From assembly GCA_039814425.1 (NCBI GenBank), contig JBCCBE010000002.1, positions 5,400 through 69,399 on the forward strand: a stretch of 64,000 nt of DNA, in the 5' to 3' direction. Position 1 is the stretch's first letter. Each line of letters begins with the position of its first letter. Below the pieces are notes generated by a model. The model was given only the letters and a program-made list of their open reading frames with translations. It ran no database searches and was not told where the DNA came from. The stretch is from Pseudomonadota bacterium. Its GTDB lineage: Bacteria > Pseudomonadota > Alphaproteobacteria > Rhizobiales > Rhizobiaceae. Position numbers and translations under genes: made by a program. Of the stretch, positions 10,763-21,140 are shown in pieces.

Positions 10763-11409
10763 ACCCCGTCGATATCACACTTTACGGCATTATAGATCCT
10801 GATCGCTGTCAAGGAAGGTCGCTTGCTGAACTGGCATTCGCTTCCGTGGAAAACGGTGTGACATTGATCCAGTTGCGAGACAAGACATCCAACATTCATC
10901 AAATGATCGACAATGCAAAGAACATAAAGAAGGCGTTGGAAGGAACCGGCGTGCCTTTGATTATCAATGATCGCGTGGATGTGGCACTGGCAGCAGATGC
11001 ACAAGGGGTTCACCTTGGGCAGCAGGACATGCGGGTTGAGGATGCACGCAAGGTGCTTGGAACCGATGCGATCATTGGGCTATCGATTAAGACAATTCAT
11101 GAGGCAAAAAACTGCCCTGTAGAAATGCTAGATTACGCGTTTGTCGGCGGAGTGTTTCAAACTCAATCTAAAGATAATCCAACTGCAATTGGCATTGATG
11201 GTTGGGTCGAGCGGGCCAACCTGATCAAAAATCTTGAACCAGATTTGCCGATCGGCGCGATCGCAGGAATTGATCAAAGCAACATAGCCTCGCTGTTCAA
11301 AGCGGGATGCGATGGGGTAGCGATTATCTCAGCACTTTACATGGCAGATGATGTTGCCACGTCAACGAAAACCATTGCTAAGATTATCCAAGGTGTAAAA
11401 TATGACTGA
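10759..11409 (+). CDS. thiE: Thiamine-phosphate synthase
   Basis: LYGIIDPD...LIQLRDK...INDRVDVALAADAQGVHLGQQD pattern of ThiE. 4-nt overlap with thiM. Confidence 0.92.
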   Translation: MNPVDITLYGIIDPDRCQGRSLAELAFASVENGVTLIQLRDKTSNIHQMIDNAKNIKKALEGTGVPLIINDRVDVALAADAQGVHLGQQDMRVEDARKVLGTDAIIGLSIKTIHEAKNCPVEMLDYAFVGGVFQTQSKDNPTAIGIDGWVERANLIKNLEPDLPIGAIAGIDQSNIASLFKAGCDGVAIISALYMADDVATSTKTIAKIIQGVKYD

Positions 11410-12211
11410 AATTCCGATAACCTTAACTATTGCGGGTTCTGATTCAGGCGGTGGCGCAGGCATTCAGGCAGATCTGAAGTCGATTGCAGCTAATCGCGCT
11501 TATGGGGCTAGCGTTATTACTGCCCTGACCGCACAAAATACCGTGGGTGTGAGCGGCGTTCATGATGTGCCGCCTGACTTTATTCTTGCGCAGATGGATG
11601 CGGTTTTCACTGACCTCAATATCGCCTCTGCAAAGATAGGCATGCTATCGCAGATAGCAGTTATTGAAACCGTTGCGGCTGGTCTTGGAAAATACAAGGC
11701 GGAAAATATTGTGCTTGATCCGGTAATGGTTGCAACGTCTGGCGATGCGTTACTGGCAGACGACGCGGTCACTGCCATAGGTGAGATACTCGTACCAATG
11801 GCAGATTTGATCACGCCCAATTTACATGAAGCTTCAAAACTCACTGGTCTGCCATTTGCAGCAGATCGAAGAGCGATGATCAGGCAAGGAGAGGCAATGA
11901 TCGCGAGCGGTGCCAAGGCTGTGCTTATAAAAGGCGGGCATGGAAATGGCAAAGAAAGTTCCGATTTGTTAATTGCTGATGGTCAGCAAACCTGGTTTCA
12001 TTCTCCCCGTGTTGACACCCAAAATACACACGGTACGGGTTGTTCGCTTTCTTCAGCAATTGCTGCTCAGCTTGCCCATGGCGTAAATCTCCTCACGGCT
12101 GTAGAGCAGGCCAAGACATGGCTTACGGGAGCGATTATTGCAGCAGATCAATTATCTGTCGGCAAAGGCTCCGGGCCGGTCAATCATTTTCATGCACTTT
12201 GGAGTAGGTAA
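11402..12211 (+). CDS. thiD: Hydroxymethylpyrimidine/phosphomethylpyrimidine kinase
   Basis: LTIAGSDSGGGAGIQADLKS signature and GTGCSLSSAIAA anion-hole motif. Overlaps the thiE end. Confidence 0.93.
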   Translation: MTEIPITLTIAGSDSGGGAGIQADLKSIAANRAYGASVITALTAQNTVGVSGVHDVPPDFILAQMDAVFTDLNIASAKIGMLSQIAVIETVAAGLGKYKAENIVLDPVMVATSGDALLADDAVTAIGEILVPMADLITPNLHEASKLTGLPFAADRRAMIRQGEAMIASGAKAVLIKGGHGNGKESSDLLIADGQQTWFHSPRVDTQNTHGTGCSLSSAIAAQLAHGVNLLTAVEQAKTWLTGAIIAADQLSVGKGSGPVNHFHALWSR

Positions 12212-12212
12212 G

Positions 12213-13295
12213 GTGGAAAAAAAATCTGTTTCTCGCCGTTCAGCGCTTGGTTTGTTTGCAGGTTCAGCAGCGCTTCCAGCGCTGGCTAAACCCTCGATTG
12301 CGCAACAAAAAATCGAGTGGCGGATGGTCACCTCCTGGCCAAAAAACCTTCCCGGTCCAGGGATCACAGCACAAAGACTGGCAGATCAGATCACAGTTCT
12401 CTCAGATGGGCGTTTGACCGTTCGTCTATATGCGGCTGGAGAACTTGTACCGGGGCTTGGTACATTTGATGCAGTTGTAAACGGAACGGCTCAATTGGCT
12501 CATACAGCACCGCTTTTTTGGGCGGGCAAATTTCCAGCAGCACCGCTTTTCACCGCTGGACCATTCGGTCTTACACCGATTGAACATATTACCTGGATTA
12601 ATCATGCAGGCGGTCAGGCACTGTGGGATGAATTGTATCGACCGGCTGGCCTAAAACCATTGATGGCTGGTAATACCGGATATCAGATGGGGGGTTGGTA
12701 TATAGAGCCGTTGAAATCCCTGGAAGATTTGAAGGGTCTGAAAATTCGCATGCCAGGCCTCGGTGGTGCGGTAATGACGAAACTAGGCGCAATACCCGTT
12801 AGTTTGCCACCTTCTGAGATATTTACAAGCCTAGCAACCGGCGTCATTGATGCGACAGAATTTCTTGGGCCGTTTAGCGATGCAGCGATGGGATTCCAGA
12901 AGATTGCCAAGAATTATTATTCACCTGGCTTTCATGAGCCAAATGGCACCGGGGAGGCATTGGTATCCTTGTCAGCGTTGGAGGGGCTGCCAAAAGACCT
13001 CCAGCAAATCGTGGTTGCCGCTTGCGCAGCTGAGAATATTTATTCACTTGGTGAATCTGAATGGAACAATGCAGCAAGCTTGAAAAAGCTGGTTGATGAA
13101 GATGGAGTTTCCATACACCAGTATCCAACCGACATTTTGGAAGCAGCAAAAAGTGCAACGATAGAGGTAATGCAGGACCTGGCTGATCGCGATGCAATAT
13201 CAGCCAGAATCGTTGCCAGTTACCGTGGTGCTGCCAGGCATATTGATCCCTGGTCACAAATTTCGATAAGGGCTTTTTTGAACGCTAGAGATTGA
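12213..13295 (+). CDS. TRAP transporter solute-binding protein (DctP family), orphan
   Basis: GTG start 1 nt after the thiD stop. Twin-arginine-type signal (SRRSALGLFAGSAALPALA). Body (KIEWRMVTSWPKNLPGPG...) is typical of TRAP periplasmic components. No DctQ/DctM genes are adjacent. Confidence 0.82.
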   Translation: MEKKSVSRRSALGLFAGSAALPALAKPSIAQQKIEWRMVTSWPKNLPGPGITAQRLADQITVLSDGRLTVRLYAAGELVPGLGTFDAVVNGTAQLAHTAPLFWAGKFPAAPLFTAGPFGLTPIEHITWINHAGGQALWDELYRPAGLKPLMAGNTGYQMGGWYIEPLKSLEDLKGLKIRMPGLGGAVMTKLGAIPVSLPPSEIFTSLATGVIDATEFLGPFSDAAMGFQKIAKNYYSPGFHEPNGTGEALVSLSALEGLPKDLQQIVVAACAAENIYSLGESEWNNAASLKKLVDEDGVSIHQYPTDILEAAKSATIEVMQDLADRDAISARIVASYRGAARHIDPWSQISIRAFLNARD

Positions 13296-13308
13296 TTGCA
13301 CTGCGATA

Positions 13309-14598
13309 TCAACTGGCAGTGTTTTCTTCACCGTCATCCATCATGTAAGTTTCATAGTCTGACCGCGGGTCAAGTGCAGCGGTTTCTGTCGATTGCGTCA
13401 TTACACCCATCGGAATGTTTTGATAGTCCATAGTTTGATCATCATCTGGCGCTTCGCGGCGCATAATTCGGTAGGTCATGTGACAGGCAAGTAAGAAGTG
13501 AGACAATCCAATTATCTGGAATAATGCATTGGTTCCTAACCACTCCATCGCAGCACCGGTCAGCAATGGTCCGATCATATTGCCGATGCCATACAGAATA
13601 AGCAGACTGGAAGAAATTTTTACAAAATCCCCGGGTGCTGCATGGTCATTTGCATGGGCGTTCACGAGCCCATAGATGGGGTAAATGAAACCGCCCAAAA
13701 GGACCATTAAAACAAAGAAGATGATTGATGGATTAGCGCCATCAACCTGATAGTTTGAAATTGCAAAGCCTACCAGTGCGCCCGTAAGAGACAAACCAAC
13801 CATTACATAACGGCGATCGGTTCGGTCTGACATTTTTCCCAATGGAAACTGGAAGCATATTGCGCCCAACATAATCAGCGCCATCATATTGGCGATGTTA
13901 GTTATTGATAATCCGTTCTCAAGACCAAAAACCGGGCCGAACGTTTGCATCGTTGAGGCTAGTATGCCTGCGACCAGAGAGCCAAAAAATGCTGTGGGCG
14001 AATTAAAGAACATACCCTTAAGATCAATCTTTACCTGTGTTAGGGGAGCCGGCGAACGGGCTTTCGAAAGAGCCGTTGGAATGATTGCCAGGCTGTATAA
14101 AACTGCTCCCATCATAAACAGTGTGGTGGTTGATGGTTCTGCGAAAATAAGAAGATATTGTCCGCCCATAAATGCAGTCTGCGAGATGATCATATAGACA
14201 GAGAACATCGCACCGCGATGCTCATCTGAAATGCCTTCATTTAGCCAACTCTCAATGATCATGTAAGAACCAGCAAAGCAGAAGCCTGCCAAAGCACGCA
14301 GAAGTATCCAGCTATAAGCTTCAATTATCAGGCCATTGAGCAATACGACCGTGGCAAGCAGTGCGGCTAAAGCACCAAAAGTACGCACATGACCGACCCG
14401 ACGCACAAAGTGTGGTACGAACAGGCACCCTGCGGTAAACCCGACCGCCCAGCCTGTGCCAATGTAGCCAATCTGACTTGCCGTAAAGCCTTCAAGTTGG
14501 CCACGGATAGGCAATAAAACGCCCTGCATGCCACCGCCAGCGAGAAGAAAAGCAGTGCTCAAAAATAAGGCTATTACAGGTAAAATCTGGCGGATCAT
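13309..14598 (-). CDS. MFS transporter
   Basis: 429 aa, about 12 hydrophobic helices with a central loop and an acidic soluble C-terminal tail. Confidence 0.82.
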   Translation of the reverse strand: MIRQILPVIALFLSTAFLLAGGGMQGVLLPIRGQLEGFTASQIGYIGTGWAVGFTAGCLFVPHFVRRVGHVRTFGALAALLATVVLLNGLIIEAYSWILLRALAGFCFAGSYMIIESWLNEGISDEHRGAMFSVYMIISQTAFMGGQYLLIFAEPSTTTLFMMGAVLYSLAIIPTALSKARSPAPLTQVKIDLKGMFFNSPTAFFGSLVAGILASTMQTFGPVFGLENGLSITNIANMMALIMLGAICFQFPLGKMSDRTDRRYVMVGLSLTGALVGFAISNYQVDGANPSIIFFVLMVLLGGFIYPIYGLVNAHANDHAAPGDFVKISSSLLILYGIGNMIGPLLTGAAMEWLGTNALFQIIGLSHFLLACHMTYRIMRREAPDDDQTMDYQNIPMGVMTQSTETAALDPRSDYETYMMDDGEENTAS

Positions 14599-15012
14599 TT
14601 GCAGCTCCCGGACTACGTCCCGTGCTTACCGAACGTGATGTTTCACAAGTCGGTTTCAAATCGCAGCATGTATTCGAAAAATGCAGGAATGCAATAGGGA
14701 ATTTGCACAAAAAAACGCTGGGAAAAACCTCGGCGTTAAAAGCAGTCTTTGTAAGAATTATTTTGCTGATTGCATCGGAGATCTAACTCTAGCTTTCTCG
14801 ACCAGGCCTCCAGGCCCGACAACTTTGGCAAGCTCCATACACTTTAGGCCCATAATCTTTTTAGACGGCTAGGCATCGATTATCGGCGATCCGTACCGCA
14901 CAGGTTACTTCCCATTCGATATCTATGTCGACAAGATTTGTAGAGGAGACATCTAAATGCCGTTTCTTCAAATACTGATTTGCACCCCGGTGCACCAACC
15001 CTAAGAGCTTAA

Positions 15013-15210
15013 CTATAAAATATCAAAGTGCTTAATAAGATGATAAGAACTGATCATAACAAAGGCAATAAATGACGAGCACAATCCAGTAAGAATGCCG
15101 GTTAATGGCCACAGGTTTCCGCCTATCAGCAAAGCAAAGCTAGCGCCTGCCAGTGAGCCTACCAACCCCCAGATTATTGAGAATTTGAAGATATCTGCAA
15201 AACGCGGCAT
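15013..15210 (-). CDS. Small two-helix membrane protein (hypothetical)
   Basis: 65 aa with two hydrophobic helices. AGGAGA lies 5 nt upstream of the ATG on the minus strand. Confidence 0.45.
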   Translation of the reverse strand: MPRFADIFKFSIIWGLVGSLAGASFALLIGGNLWPLTGILTGLCSSFIAFVMISSYHLIKHFDIL

Positions 15211-15356
15211 TGATGTCTCCTAGATGCTTCACAGTGAATATCAGCTTCAATCTCACAATACCTGAAACTATCAATCCTGAGGTGTAAATACAAAAGTCAA
15301 ACCACTGAATATGTCGGCATTCATCTTATAGTCAGTAGAGGATGTCCATTAGTGAC

Positions 15357-16202
15357 TTAGTTCGCGGTGTCTAAGACTTGCTTGATTTGTAACAAATCCT
15401 GCCATGACAGCCTTTTATGTGCAGGTTGGCGTAGTAAATAGGCTGGATGAAGGGTGGGCATCGCTCGTACTGCGGCATGCTTGGTAGAAACTTCAGACCA
15501 TTTCCCGCGCAATCGCATGATCCCATCAGAGGTTCGCAACAGGGTTTTTGCAGATGAGCCTCCTAAAAGCACAATGATTTCAGGCTGTATCAGTTCAATA
15601 TGGCGTTCAATGAAGGGTCGGCATATTTCTGTTTCCTGAGGTGTTGGCGTCCGGTTGCCTGGTGGGCGCCAGGGTATAATATTTGAAATATATACCTTAT
15701 TTCGATCTAGCTCTATTGCCGCTAGCATACGGTCCAGCAATTGTCCCGCGCGACCGACAAAGGGCAGTCCTTGCATATCCTCGTCGCGACCCGGTGCTTC
15801 TCCGATCAACATGATTTTTGCATCCGGATTGCCATCTGCAAAAACAGTGGATTTCGCGGTGCGCTTTAAATTACAGCCCTCAAATGCAGCAATTGCTGTT
15901 CGTAGTTCTTCCAACGTGTTGGTTTGAGCAGCAATTTCTACGGCAGTATCAACGGAAGCCTTATCTGGAACAGTTACACCGGATTTCATTGGAACCACCC
16001 GTTCCTGTCCGCCGGTCCCGGAAGATCTTCGGTTTAGAGGCGTCTTTTCTTTTTGTTGTGAAAGAGGCTGTTCTTTCCTGGTGTCTTTTTGGCTTGATTT
16101 TTCTTCTAGGCTTTGAGCAAATCGGTCAATAGGTTTGTCTTCAAGACAGATGTCCACTCCGGCTTGAATATACCATTCCATAATTTCCACTTTATTGGAC
16201 AT
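15357..16202 (-). CDS. Uracil-DNA glycosylase, family 4, with low-complexity N-terminal extension
   Basis: [23 protein letters not shown] and HPAYLLRQP motifs of family-4 UDGs. Confidence 0.85.
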   Translation of the reverse strand: MSNKVEIMEWYIQAGVDICLEDKPIDRFAQSLEEKSSQKDTRKEQPLSQQKEKTPLNRRSSGTGGQERVVPMKSGVTVPDKASVDTAVEIAAQTNTLEELRTAIAAFEGCNLKRTAKSTVFADGNPDAKIMLIGEAPGRDEDMQGLPFVGRAGQLLDRMLAAIELDRNKVYISNIIPWRPPGNRTPTPQETEICRPFIERHIELIQPEIIVLLGGSSAKTLLRTSDGIMRLRGKWSEVSTKHAAVRAMPTLHPAYLLRQPAHKRLSWQDLLQIKQVLDTAN

Positions 16203-16351
16203 CCGCGCCCACCTTTAAGCTATCTCAGTGGCTATAGAGGCAAATCTGTCGCAATTGCGCAAGGAAAATGCGGCAAAATATTAACTAGCGTAACGGAATG
16301 TCCGTGGTAAAAGAGCCGTCAGATCAGGTAAGCCCGTCGGGAGAATGATAG

Positions 16352-18046
16352 ATGTCCGAAGAAGCAGCAGAACGCGAAAGCATGGAATTTGATGTGGTGA
16401 TTGTGGGAGCAGGGCCAGCCGGCCTTTCTGCCGCAATTAAACTGAAACAACTCAATGCGGACTTAAATATCGTAGTTCTGGAAAAAGGCCCTGAGGTTGG
16501 AGCACACATTCTTTCTGGTGCCGTTGTAGACCCGATTGGTGTTGACCGCCTGCTACCGGATTGGCGCGATGAAGAAGGTCATCCCTTTCAGGTGCCGGTG
16601 ACTTCGGACAAATTCAATTTTCTTACCAAGGGTGGTAAAATTCCGCTTCCAACATTCGCAATGCCGAAATTTATGGATAACCACGGAAACTATATCGTGT
16701 CTTTGGGCAATGTCTGTCGCTGGCTTGCTGAGAAGGCTGAGGCCCTTGAAGTTGAAGTCTATCCAGGGTTTGCAGCAGCTGAAATCGTTTATAATGAAGA
16801 CGGAAGCGTGAAAGGGGTCGCTACTGGCGATATGGGATTGCAAAAAGATGGCACGCCCGGCCCTATGTTTGAACGCGGTATGGAACTTCACGGAAAATAT
16901 GTTTTGTTTGGAGAGGGCGCGCGGGGTTCCTTATCAAAACAACTCATCCACAAATTCAACCTAGACAAAGATTCAAATCCACCAAAATTTGGAATCGGTT
17001 TTAAAGAATTATGGGAAGTTGACCCGTCAAAACACGCACAAGGGACCGTTCTTCACTCTCTGGGATGGCCGTTGCAAAACAATCAGGACGGCGGTTCATT
17101 TGTTTATCACATCGACAATAATCAGGTTTATGTCGGTTACGTTGTGGCGCTCGGTTATAAAAATCCGTACTTGTCACCTTTCCAGGAATTTCAGCGTTTT
17201 AAAACCCATCCAAGCATTGCCCCGCTTTTGGAAGGGGCAAAGCGCATATCCTATGGTTCACGTGCTATTACTCAGGGTGGATGGCAATCTGTGCCGCGCT
17301 TATCATTTCCAGGTGGTGCTTTGCTTGGGTGTGCTGCCGGGTTTGTAAACGTGCCTAGGATCAAGGGTTCTCACAACGCGATGCTATCTGGGATACTTGC
17401 AGCTGAACATGTCGTGCAGGCGTTGTCAGAAGGACGTGGAAGCGACGAACTGGTATCTTACGAAGAAGCCTGGCGCGAAAGTGAAATTGGTAAAGATTTA
17501 AAACCAGTTCGCAACGTGAAGCCGCTGGTTACAAAGTATGGTTCAATCCTCGGAACAATGTTCTCAGGAATGGATATGTGGTTGAATACTCTGTTCGGCT
17601 GGACGCCGTTTGGTACGATGAAACATGAAAAGGCAGATTATCAGGCAACAGAAGCGCTTTCGGACCATCAGCCAATTGAGTATCCAAAATCGGATGGAAA
17701 GATTACTTTTGACCGTCTGTCTTCAGTTTTTCTATCCAATACAAATCATGCAGAAGAACAACCGGCACATTTGAAAGTTGCTGATCTGGATCTGCAAAAA
17801 CAATCCGAGCTTATGCAATTTGCCGGCCCTTCAACGCGGTATTGTCCGGCAGGCGTTTACGAATGGGTAGATGATAATGGGGACGCGATTGAATTGGGTA
17901 AGGAAGCAGATGCAAATGGCGCAAGCTTTGTTATCAACTTCCAAAACTGCGTTCACTGCAAAACCTGCGATATCAAGGATCCAAACCAGAATATCAACTG
18001 GACAGTTCCGCAAGGTGGTGAAGGCCCGGTTTACCCGAATATGTAA
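16352..18046 (+). CDS. Electron-transfer flavoprotein:ubiquinone oxidoreductase
   Basis: FDVVIVGAGPAGLSAA FAD fold and C-terminal 4Fe-4S cluster motif CPAGVYE...NCVHCKTCDIKDP. 564 aa. Confidence 0.95.
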   Translation: MSEEAAERESMEFDVVIVGAGPAGLSAAIKLKQLNADLNIVVLEKGPEVGAHILSGAVVDPIGVDRLLPDWRDEEGHPFQVPVTSDKFNFLTKGGKIPLPTFAMPKFMDNHGNYIVSLGNVCRWLAEKAEALEVEVYPGFAAAEIVYNEDGSVKGVATGDMGLQKDGTPGPMFERGMELHGKYVLFGEGARGSLSKQLIHKFNLDKDSNPPKFGIGFKELWEVDPSKHAQGTVLHSLGWPLQNNQDGGSFVYHIDNNQVYVGYVVALGYKNPYLSPFQEFQRFKTHPSIAPLLEGAKRISYGSRAITQGGWQSVPRLSFPGGALLGCAAGFVNVPRIKGSHNAMLSGILAAEHVVQALSEGRGSDELVSYEEAWRESEIGKDLKPVRNVKPLVTKYGSILGTMFSGMDMWLNTLFGWTPFGTMKHEKADYQATEALSDHQPIEYPKSDGKITFDRLSSVFLSNTNHAEEQPAHLKVADLDLQKQSELMQFAGPSTRYCPAGVYEWVDDNGDAIELGKEADANGASFVINFQNCVHCKTCDIKDPNQNINWTVPQGGEGPVYPNM

Positions 18047-18093
18047 ATGTTATTTCGGACCACTTATCAATGTGATCAAGCGATCCGTCATAA

Positions 18094-18522
18094 TTACCCC
18101 GAAATGTAGCGTTTCATTTCGTCTGCATCTTGTTCGACGCTATCAATCTTGCGTTTCACCACATCTCCTACAGATATAATACCGCAAAGCTTGTCATTAT
18201 CTATAATAGGCAGATGGCGGAACCGACCCTTTGTCATCTTATCCATCAAACTGTCGATCGTTTCTTCCAGTCCAGAGAAAACCACCTTTTTCGTCATGCA
18301 ATCAGAAACAGGCTGACCAAGCGCATCGACACCCTTTTCTGCAATCTGTCTGACGATATCGCGTTCTGATGTAATGCCACACATGTTGCCTTTGGCATCA
18401 GTCATGACGACCGCGCCAATTTGGTTCTTTGCCATAAGCTGTGCAACTTCATGAATTGTAGCGTCGGGATTTGTTGTGACTACGTCATGGCCCTTGGACG
18501 CCAAAATTTCTGGTACACCCAT
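18094..18522 (-). CDS. CBS domain-pair protein
   Basis: 142 aa with two CBS-like repeats (...GAVVMTD..GNMCGITSERDI... and ...RHLPIIDNDKLCGIISVGDV...). Confidence 0.85.
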   Translation of the reverse strand: MGVPEILASKGHDVVTTNPDATIHEVAQLMAKNQIGAVVMTDAKGNMCGITSERDIVRQIAEKGVDALGQPVSDCMTKKVVFSGLEETIDSLMDKMTKGRFRHLPIIDNDKLCGIISVGDVVKRKIDSVEQDADEMKRYISG

Positions 18523-18614
18523 TGCGAATGATTCCTTTTCCTATTTGTTTAAGATAGGATACTTCAAGTAACAGGACGTTTGCAAATTTTAGAAGTAAAG
18601 TTTATCCGATAAAT

Positions 18615-19286
18615 TCAGATTACTACGATTTTAGCGCCTGGTTTTACCCGATTATATAAATCAATCACATCCTGATTAATCAATCGCACACAGCCGCTGG
18701 ATACAGCTTTGCCAATCGATTTGTGCTGCGGCGTACCATGCAGTCGATAAAGCGTATCGACACCATTTTGGAAGATGTAAAGTGCCCGAGCACCAAGTGG
18801 ATTATCGAGACCAGGATCCATACCACCATTGGCCGCACTATATTTCCGCAGACGAGGCTCACGCTTGATCATTTCTTCCGGCGGTGTCCAGGTTGGCCAT
18901 GGCCGCTTCCATGCTACATTGGCTCGCCCGGACCATTCAAAACCCTGTCTTCCAAGGCCCACACCGTAACGCATTGCATTTCCATCCCCTTCAACCAGGT
19001 GGAGATAAAACGTTTTCGTATTGACGATAATCGTCCCAGGTCTTTCTTTGGTTTTAAACGAAACGCGATTTCGATAAAAGCGAGGATCTAATTCGTCCTT
19101 TGGAACGGCTGGAACAGGAAACTCCTCTTTTGGCAGGGGACCATAAAGGGTAGCAAATGATTGTCGTTCATCCCGGATGCGACGGAATCGGGCCATCGGA
19201 TTTTCAGGAAGGGAAATAGAACAGCCCGCAAGCGCAACGCTTGAAGCACAAGTGCCGTGTGTTATAAATTGCCGTCTTGTCAGCAT
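18615..19286 (-). CDS. L,D-transpeptidase (YkuD domain)
   Basis: HGTPQHKSIGKAVSSGCVRL catalytic motif. Start chosen at MLTRRQFITHG (Tat-like signal). Confidence 0.85.
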   Translation of the reverse strand: MLTRRQFITHGTCASSVALAGCSISLPENPMARFRRIRDERQSFATLYGPLPKEEFPVPAVPKDELDPRFYRNRVSFKTKERPGTIIVNTKTFYLHLVEGDGNAMRYGVGLGRQGFEWSGRANVAWKRPWPTWTPPEEMIKREPRLRKYSAANGGMDPGLDNPLGARALYIFQNGVDTLYRLHGTPQHKSIGKAVSSGCVRLINQDVIDLYNRVKPGAKIVVI

Positions 19287-19405
19287 GTTGATCGCCACTT
19301 GCCTATTTATTGATTTGTCAGGTGCTAATACCTGCATTGGCGATTTTAAACCATAAGCGGTTCAATAAACTCATTGTGAACGGTTCAACCGACCATAATC
19401 GAAAC

Positions 19406-20341
19406 TCAGTTGAGCTGGAATTCTACAAGAACCGGCAGATGATCTGAGCCAAGATTCTCCAGTGTTTTTGCGGATAGAATAGTGATCTCTCCCTTATGCA
19501 TTACGAAATCAATTGGAAGACCAATCCATCGAATTAGGGATCGTGGTAGCAATTCGTGCAGCCAGGTGCCGCCGATACCTTTTACAACCGTCAAATTACC
19601 TGTTTGGGCAAAATCATGAGCGGATTGGGACCACGGCGTCGCATTGAAATCTCCGACAATTAGCGCGCTTGGTTCCAGCTTCTTTAAAACCGGCATGAAG
19701 GTTCGATATTGTTTCGGGCCGCTGGCAGGCCAAGGCCAACGCGGGTGGGTTGAACCCAGCGCTATTTCGCGTCCATCAGCAAATTTCACCTTTGTCTTGG
19801 CAAAAGAACCGTAAAAACCACAAAAATCCGTATCGCTCACCATTGGCCATTTTGAATATATCTTTATCCCGCCAAAGCCCTCCCATTCGGCGCAATGAAA
19901 AGCATACGGCCATTGTTCATCCAGTGCAGACAAAGATGCTTCCCAATATTTGTTAATCTCAATCAGGGAAAGAAAGTCAGCATCCACCTGCTGAATATGA
20001 TCAATCACCGTTTCATGATCGTGATTGTTCCAATACAGATTGAGATGGAAAACCTGATGCACAGGTTTTGAACGGTCGAAAGACGGTGCATCAGCGGGCG
20101 GCATTATATATTGCAGTGGTTGAACAAGCCCGATCACGCCAACCAAAATTGAAAGTATTGCCCGCCAGAAACGACCTAGAATAAGAAATATAAATCCAGC
20201 ACCTAACAGTGCGATAGAGAAATACACTCGTAAGTGACTGAAAGTATCAAATGCCGGATGGAACTGCCCGAGAAACCCAAAGCCGATCATTAACACCAAT
20301 CCAAGGATGGAAAGCTTGAATAATATCCAGACGAACTTCAC
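19406..20341 (-). CDS. Endonuclease/exonuclease/phosphatase-family protein with N-terminal membrane anchor
   Basis: Three N-terminal hydrophobic helices. C-terminal GDFNATPWS ... GSDHLPV motifs are typical of the EEP fold. Confidence 0.7.
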   Translation of the reverse strand: MKFVWILFKLSILGLVLMIGFGFLGQFHPAFDTFSHLRVYFSIALLGAGFIFLILGRFWRAILSILVGVIGLVQPLQYIMPPADAPSFDRSKPVHQVFHLNLYWNNHDHETVIDHIQQVDADFLSLIEINKYWEASLSALDEQWPYAFHCAEWEGFGGIKIYSKWPMVSDTDFCGFYGSFAKTKVKFADGREIALGSTHPRWPWPASGPKQYRTFMPVLKKLEPSALIVGDFNATPWSQSAHDFAQTGNLTVVKGIGGTWLHELLPRSLIRWIGLPIDFVMHKGEITILSAKTLENLGSDHLPVLVEFQLN

Positions 20342-20429
20342 GTGTAGGATCCTGGTTTAAATCAATTCTTTGCGAGAAAATGCCTGAACCCTATGTAAAC
20401 TTCGTAAACGTCTGCTAAAGGCTTAAATT

Positions 20430-21134
20430 ATGAAACAAAATAAACCGATTGAACTGTTTTACTGGCCCACCCCCAATGGTTGGAAAATCTCCATCCTCTT
20501 GGAAGAACTCGGCGTTCCCTATTCGGTTACTTATATCGATATTGGCAAGGGCGACCAGTTTGCGCCTGATTTTCTCAAGATTGCACCGAATAATCGCATG
20601 CCTGCGATTATTGATCCTGAGGGTCCGGATGGAGAACCTATATCTGTTTTTGAGTCTGGTGCCATTCTACAATATCTGGGGCGAAAGTTTGGTAAGTTTT
20701 ATCCATCAGATGAACGCAGCCGGGTTGAAGTAGACCAATGGTTGATGTGGCAAATGGGCGGGCTTGGACCAATGGCCGGTCAAACGCATCACTTTCGTGT
20801 TTACGCACCGGAAAAAGTACCCTACGCGATTGATCGATACACCAATGAAGTCAATCGACTTTATGGCGTGATGAATAAGCGTTTATCAGACCGTGATTTT
20901 TTGGCCGGTGAGTATTCGATTGCTGATATGGCCTGTATTGGCTGGGCTGCCCTGTGGGAACGCCAGGGACAGGATATTTCGGAATTTCCAGAATTTTCGG
21001 CCTGGATTGATCGGATGAAGGAAAGACCAGCTGTTGAACATGGCTTGGCGCTTGGATTGGAAAAACGTCAGCAAATGCGGTTGGACAAAGACGAGGAACA
21101 GCAATCTGTTCTCTTCGGGCAGCGGGCACGGTAA
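20430..21134 (+). CDS. Glutathione S-transferase, YfcG-like (Nu class)
   Basis: ELFYWPTPNGWKISILLEELGVPY...GKGDQFAPDFLKIAPNNRMPAIID closely parallels the remembered E. coli YfcG N-terminus. Confidence 0.88.
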   Translation: MKQNKPIELFYWPTPNGWKISILLEELGVPYSVTYIDIGKGDQFAPDFLKIAPNNRMPAIIDPEGPDGEPISVFESGAILQYLGRKFGKFYPSDERSRVEVDQWLMWQMGGLGPMAGQTHHFRVYAPEKVPYAIDRYTNEVNRLYGVMNKRLSDRDFLAGEYSIADMACIGWAALWERQGQDISEFPEFSAWIDRMKERPAVEHGLALGLEKRQQMRLDKDEEQQSVLFGQRAR

Positions 21135-21140
21135 TCAGTG

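Noticed and set aside
12138-12212. ORF-track start of the TRAP binding protein at 12138, overlapping the last 74 nt of thiD.
   Set aside because: The extension encodes no signal-peptide-like sequence. GTG 12213 gives a protein that begins directly with a Tat/Sec-type signal, 1 nt after the thiD stop.
14943-15004. 15-codon mini-ORF (MPFLQILICTPVHQP) with a well-spaced GAGGAGA Shine-Dalgarno in the 414-bp gap after the MFS gene.
   Set aside because: It is too short to support from sequence alone, and there is no associated attenuator structure or downstream same-strand gene. It would need conservation or ribosome-profiling evidence.
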